A stretch of 63,677 nucleotides of DNA, filler included, from Asterionella formosa (Eukaryota), in assembly GCA_002256025.1 (NCBI GenBank). It is 21 parts of 21 records of this genome, joined end to end, with 100 filler letters (N's around TTAATTAATTAA, not from the genome) between each part and the next. Parts side by side here need not be neighbours in the genome. Positions count along the whole stretch, not along the records: positions 60,182 to 61,879 come from NKIB01001461.1; positions 61,980 to 63,677 come from NKIB01001462.1; 19 more parts are not named here. The stretch is one strand, 5' to 3'. The position numbers were made by a program, and so were the translations under genes. This document shows, one piece after another, positions 60,182 to 63,677 of the stretch; the stretch's first letter is position 1; each line of letters begins with the position of its first letter. Below the pieces are notes generated by a model that had not been told where the DNA came from, did not search any database, and was given only the letters and a program-made list of their open reading frames with translations.

Positions 60182-61879
60182 ATTGAGAAACTGTATTGTT
60201 CTTGCCAGTATGTAACACAGCATGTCTTTCCTTCCAGGCGCCGTCCATCAGGAGCCATATTTGTGTGATGGCCGTTTTACCCAGCTATTGTATTCTGCTT
60301 TTGTAGGACTTGGATCTGTTTTAGCGCTCTTTACTGCACTTCCCCATCCTTTGCTTAAATATCCTCGTAACCTCCCTGTCTTGCCCATTTTGTTTTGACG
60401 TTACATTGCCTGACATATCATTTTTATTGTTGTATCCAACGTGCCTGGATTGAAACTTGGCTGAAATGGACCTTTTGTTAACGATAAAAGGTGTTTTACG
60501 TGCTCAAGTCATACTGGTGCTACTGTTTGTCCCACATTCGACTGCTTTATCTTAGATGCCATTACTTTGAGTTGCAGTCCTCTAGTATTGTGTGCGCTTT
60601 TAGGATATTTTTACACAATCATGTGTTCATTTGACTCATCCTCTCCACATTGAGTGCATGTCTTGATCCCTTGGTGCATTAGGTTCCTTCTCTCTCCGGT
60701 TGGGAGCCATCCGTGGATGCATTTTGTGATCCTTTTCTGTAATTGACTTTGTTGGCTCTTGAAGGATGATGATATGATATTGCCCCAGTCCACCTTTTCT
60801 CTTTCTCTTTCCTGGTCATATTTTTTACGAAGTATACTTTGCAGTTTTCTAGCTTGATATGCTGTCTCATATGTTCTGCTGAGTTTGTGTGGATCCTTTT
60901 TCCTTGAATGTGTAGACTTGCTTGCATGGTCGGAAAGTGTGTGATTCTTTGCTTGGGCCTACCAGTTGCAAGCGATGTGCTTCTTTGCAGAAAATTTGAT
61001 GCCATTGCATCCGCTATGATATTGATTTCTGATGACAGTGTCAGTTTCTTCTTTGCCGTTCCATTGTCTTGATGTGCTCTGAGTGATCCACTTGACTTTT
61101 ACTGTCACCGGTATCATATCTATAATTTCTGAGAATAGAGAAATTGCCAGTCGTCTTCCCTTGTGCATGCTCCAAGACAAAACATTTATTCTTGCAATTG
61201 CTGCTGCACTGTCTGTCCATATATTCACTCCTGATGTTGTTTCGATCATGTGATTCTTGAAGTATTCCGTGAGAAACTTAGCGCTGATGCTAATCCAAAG
61301 AGTTCAGCTCTAGTAGAGCTATTATGTGAGTTATCTCCGTCGACTGGACCGGAACATGCTGCTGGTAGAATTGCTTTTTTCTTGCTGTGGGTTTTCAGTG
61401 TCCATGCAAATGAGCATCTTGAATCCGATTCCATTGACCCATCTACTGCGATGCTGAGTCTATGTCCCAGACTCTGGTGCCTTCTTAGTTTATTTTCGCA
61501 GCAGTCGCTGCTCATGTTTCTGTAGCGCTCTGGTATGTCTTCTGAACGTTGTCTCTTTTTGTCTTTTCACCTTGGCATCCGTTTGTATTGCTATTTGCCT
61601 ATTCGTGCTGATCCTTCCAATAACGTTGACATCACATGGCAAACTACCTTTTGGTGGGGTTCTGTTTGTGATTTTTCCCTTATTTCGATCGTATTGTAGA
61701 GTAAGCGGGCTTATGTAGGTGTTTCGATGCAAAATCCATTTGCTCTTTTCTTTTATAAATTCCCCAAATATTTTTTGTCCAGCTGGATAATAAATCATCA
61801 TAGTTATAGGATAACTTGATCATAGTTTTGATCTTAAAATTATCATATATACGAAAATCCTGTGCCACTTAGCGTATGA
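60182..61879 (-). pseudogene. Decayed non-LTR retrotransposon 3' part (RNase H plus C-terminal Zn finger), possibly Ambal-like
   Basis: IAVDGS, SSTRAELFG, IWTDSAAAI, VKVKWI, HGWLPTG, CTQCGEDESNEHMIV across frameshifted ORFs. Confidence 0.78.
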
Positions 61880-61979
61880 NNNNNNNNNNNNNNNNNNNNN
61901 NNNNNNNNNNNNNNNNNNNNNNNTTAATTAATTAANNNNNNNNNNNNNNNNNNNNNNNNNNNNNNNNNNNNNNNNNNNN

Positions 61980-62238
61980 GAAAATATTTTAGGAAAGAAA
62001 ATCCCGGTATAAATTACCTACTACATATTGAATCGAATGAATCAAGAAAGAATATGGTACCAGAGAATTCGAAAACAATCTACGCCAACAGTAAAAACCC
62101 ATAATTCTATTAAAACTCTTAGGAACGATTACAATCGATCACGGAGACATCGTTGTTATATCTACAGCCTATTTGGTCCCTGACGTGTCCTTACAGGATA
62201 CAAGAAAGCATAGAGTGCTTCGGGACGCAATTTCAACA
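61980..62238 (+). repeat. 5' LTR of copia family C (5' end cut by contig edge)
   Basis: Ends TTTCAACA exactly where similarity to 16724-16937 ends; gag follows. Confidence 0.8.
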
Positions 62239-62371
62239 GTTTTAATAGAATTAGCCGGCCAGGAAGAGCCGTGATACCACAATCAACAACAAGCGGACAA
62301 TTGAGAGTCCGGAGACAAGATCTGAGGGTACCAGACCATCCAGAGTCTGAAGAAGTCGCACAAGGCGCATC

Positions 62372-63677
62372 ATGAGTGGCAAAGGAAAGTTTACCAAGAA
62401 GGCTCAAGCCAAGGGAGGGAGCAATATTGCTTCTCAATCAATCAAGAAGTCAGTCAATGACTATAACTACTACCTCGGATCATCGAAGCAGGCATCTGAT
62501 TATGAGACTACTACTGAGTACCTCATCAATCATATCAAGAAAGTGTTCGACTATGGCAACGACATAGGAACCGCGCTCGAGTTATTAGAACCAATGAGCA
62601 CATTGGCATGGAAGCCAAGAATGCAAGTGAGCATTGCAACAACAGAAGAAGATCGCGCTGCAGAGAATCGACAATATGAGATTGAAGACAAGGCTGACTA
62701 TGACACCTACAGTAAAAGGGTACAGGCCTACGAAAATAATAATACCAAGGCATATGCGTTGCTCTGGGAAAGATGCAACAAAGCCATGAAGAACAAGATT
62801 GAAGCGAGATCCAATTACAATAGGATCGAAAATAACCCAATAACATTGCTTATGGCAATTAAAGAACACGCACTAAATTTTCAAGAAAATCGATATTTTA
62901 TGTCGATCATTTTAGATGCGATGAAAATGCTTTTATTTACAAAGCAGAAAGAAGGAGAAAGTCTACAAGACTACACCAAGAGATTCCGTGTGGCATGTGA
63001 TGTGCTCAAGTCACACATGGGAGGACCCATTATCCTCACCAAGTTCGTTGAAGCCATGGATGGATACAACGAGACCGACATCAAACAACAAGATAAATTT
63101 CGTGAACAAGCTTTCAGTCAATTTATGGCATATATATATCTTGATAATGCCGACAAGGCCAAATACAGATCAATTATGACCGGGCTGAACACTCAACAAT
63201 CACTCGGCAACGATCAATACCCAAAAACAATCACCGAATCAAATAATGTTCTCAGCAACCATCGGTTTGACATAACAAATAAATCCGTCTACAAGAAACC
63301 AGGAGATAAAGATAAAGAGAAGAAACAGAAGGATGCAGGCAGGGAAGACGAAGACGTGAACTTATCGTTCGCACAGTTAGAAGGAAAATGTTACTGCTGC
63401 GGAAAAGCAGGTCACAAATCCCCTTCGTGCCGAGACAAGAATAAACCCAAAGAGGAATGGGCTATCAACAAGGCTCAAAGCCATGCACAGGCACAGGCTA
63501 CTAATACATCCGACACGAGTACAGTTACCTCTGTTAATTCCAACAACCCGCCGTCATCACAAGCTTCACAACAAGCAAATGCCAATCAATTTGGATGGAC
63601 GGGAGCTCATATAAAACTACAATTTTACCAAGCATCTGAGATGCGTGACTGGATACTATTGGATAATCAATCAAGTG
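62372..63677 (+). CDS. Copia family C Gag-protease, open to the window end (missing from the ORF track)
   Basis: MSGKGKF..., YYLGSSKQASDYETTTEYLINHI, KAYALLWERC, SLGNDQYPKT, Zn knuckle CYCCGKAGHKSPSC, protease WILLDNQSS. Confidence 0.9.
   Translation, partial: MSGKGKFTKKAQAKGGSNIASQSIKKSVNDYNYYLGSSKQASDYETTTEYLINHIKKVFDYGNDIGTALELLEPMSTLAWKPRMQVSIATTEEDRAAENRQYEIEDKADYDTYSKRVQAYENNNTKAYALLWERCNKAMKNKIEARSNYNRIENNPITLLMAIKEHALNFQENRYFMSIILDAMKMLLFTKQKEGESLQDYTKRFRVACDVLKSHMGGPIILTKFVEAMDGYNETDIKQQDKFREQAFSQFMAYIYLDNADKAKYRSIMTGLNTQQSLGNDQYPKTITESNNVLSNHRFDITNKSVYKKPGDKDKEKKQKDAGREDEDVNLSFAQLEGKCYCCGKAGHKSPSCRDKNKPKEEWAINKAQSHAQAQATNTSDTSTVTSVNSNNPPSSQASQQANANQFGWTGAHIKLQFYQASEMRDWILLDNQSS

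Overview
This window is not one locus. It is 21 assembly contigs joined by 100-bp N spacers containing TTAATTAATTAA: twenty of about 1.7 kb and one of 27.7 kb (7211-34881). The DNA is eukaryotic and most likely a diatom or other stramenopile, judging by short GT-AG introns, bipartite plastid-targeting peptides and CoDi-like Ty1/copia elements. Host genes: a HECT E3 ligase 3' end, two paralogous membrane-anchored SAM methyltransferases, a GH18 chitinase-like protein, two plastid-targeted proteins, proline dehydrogenase, an HMG-like protein, a TFIIS-type Zn-ribbon protein, a SET/SMYD protein and a basic hypothetical protein. The rest is transposon-rich: Harbinger, several copia families, Plavaka-like transposases, a gypsy remnant, a non-LTR element with RNase H, and MITEs. 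Main observations: (1) three different copia families have no tRNA primer-binding site but carry a 12-15 nt PBS complementary to a site inside their own LTR, suggesting Tf1-like self-priming. (2) The sequence is peppered with TA-CC(A/T/AT/-)GG-TA micro-insertions that look like serial excision footprints of a TA-targeting transposon. Support comes from an empty/filled site pair and two in-frame insertions in a copia ORF; the motifs pile up in arrays upstream of genes. (3) A tiny MITE family duplicates CWG inside ACCWGGT sites. (4) One copia has an in-frame gag UGA followed by a stem-loop and the protease, suggesting readthrough. (5) There is a tRNA-derived dispersed repeat.
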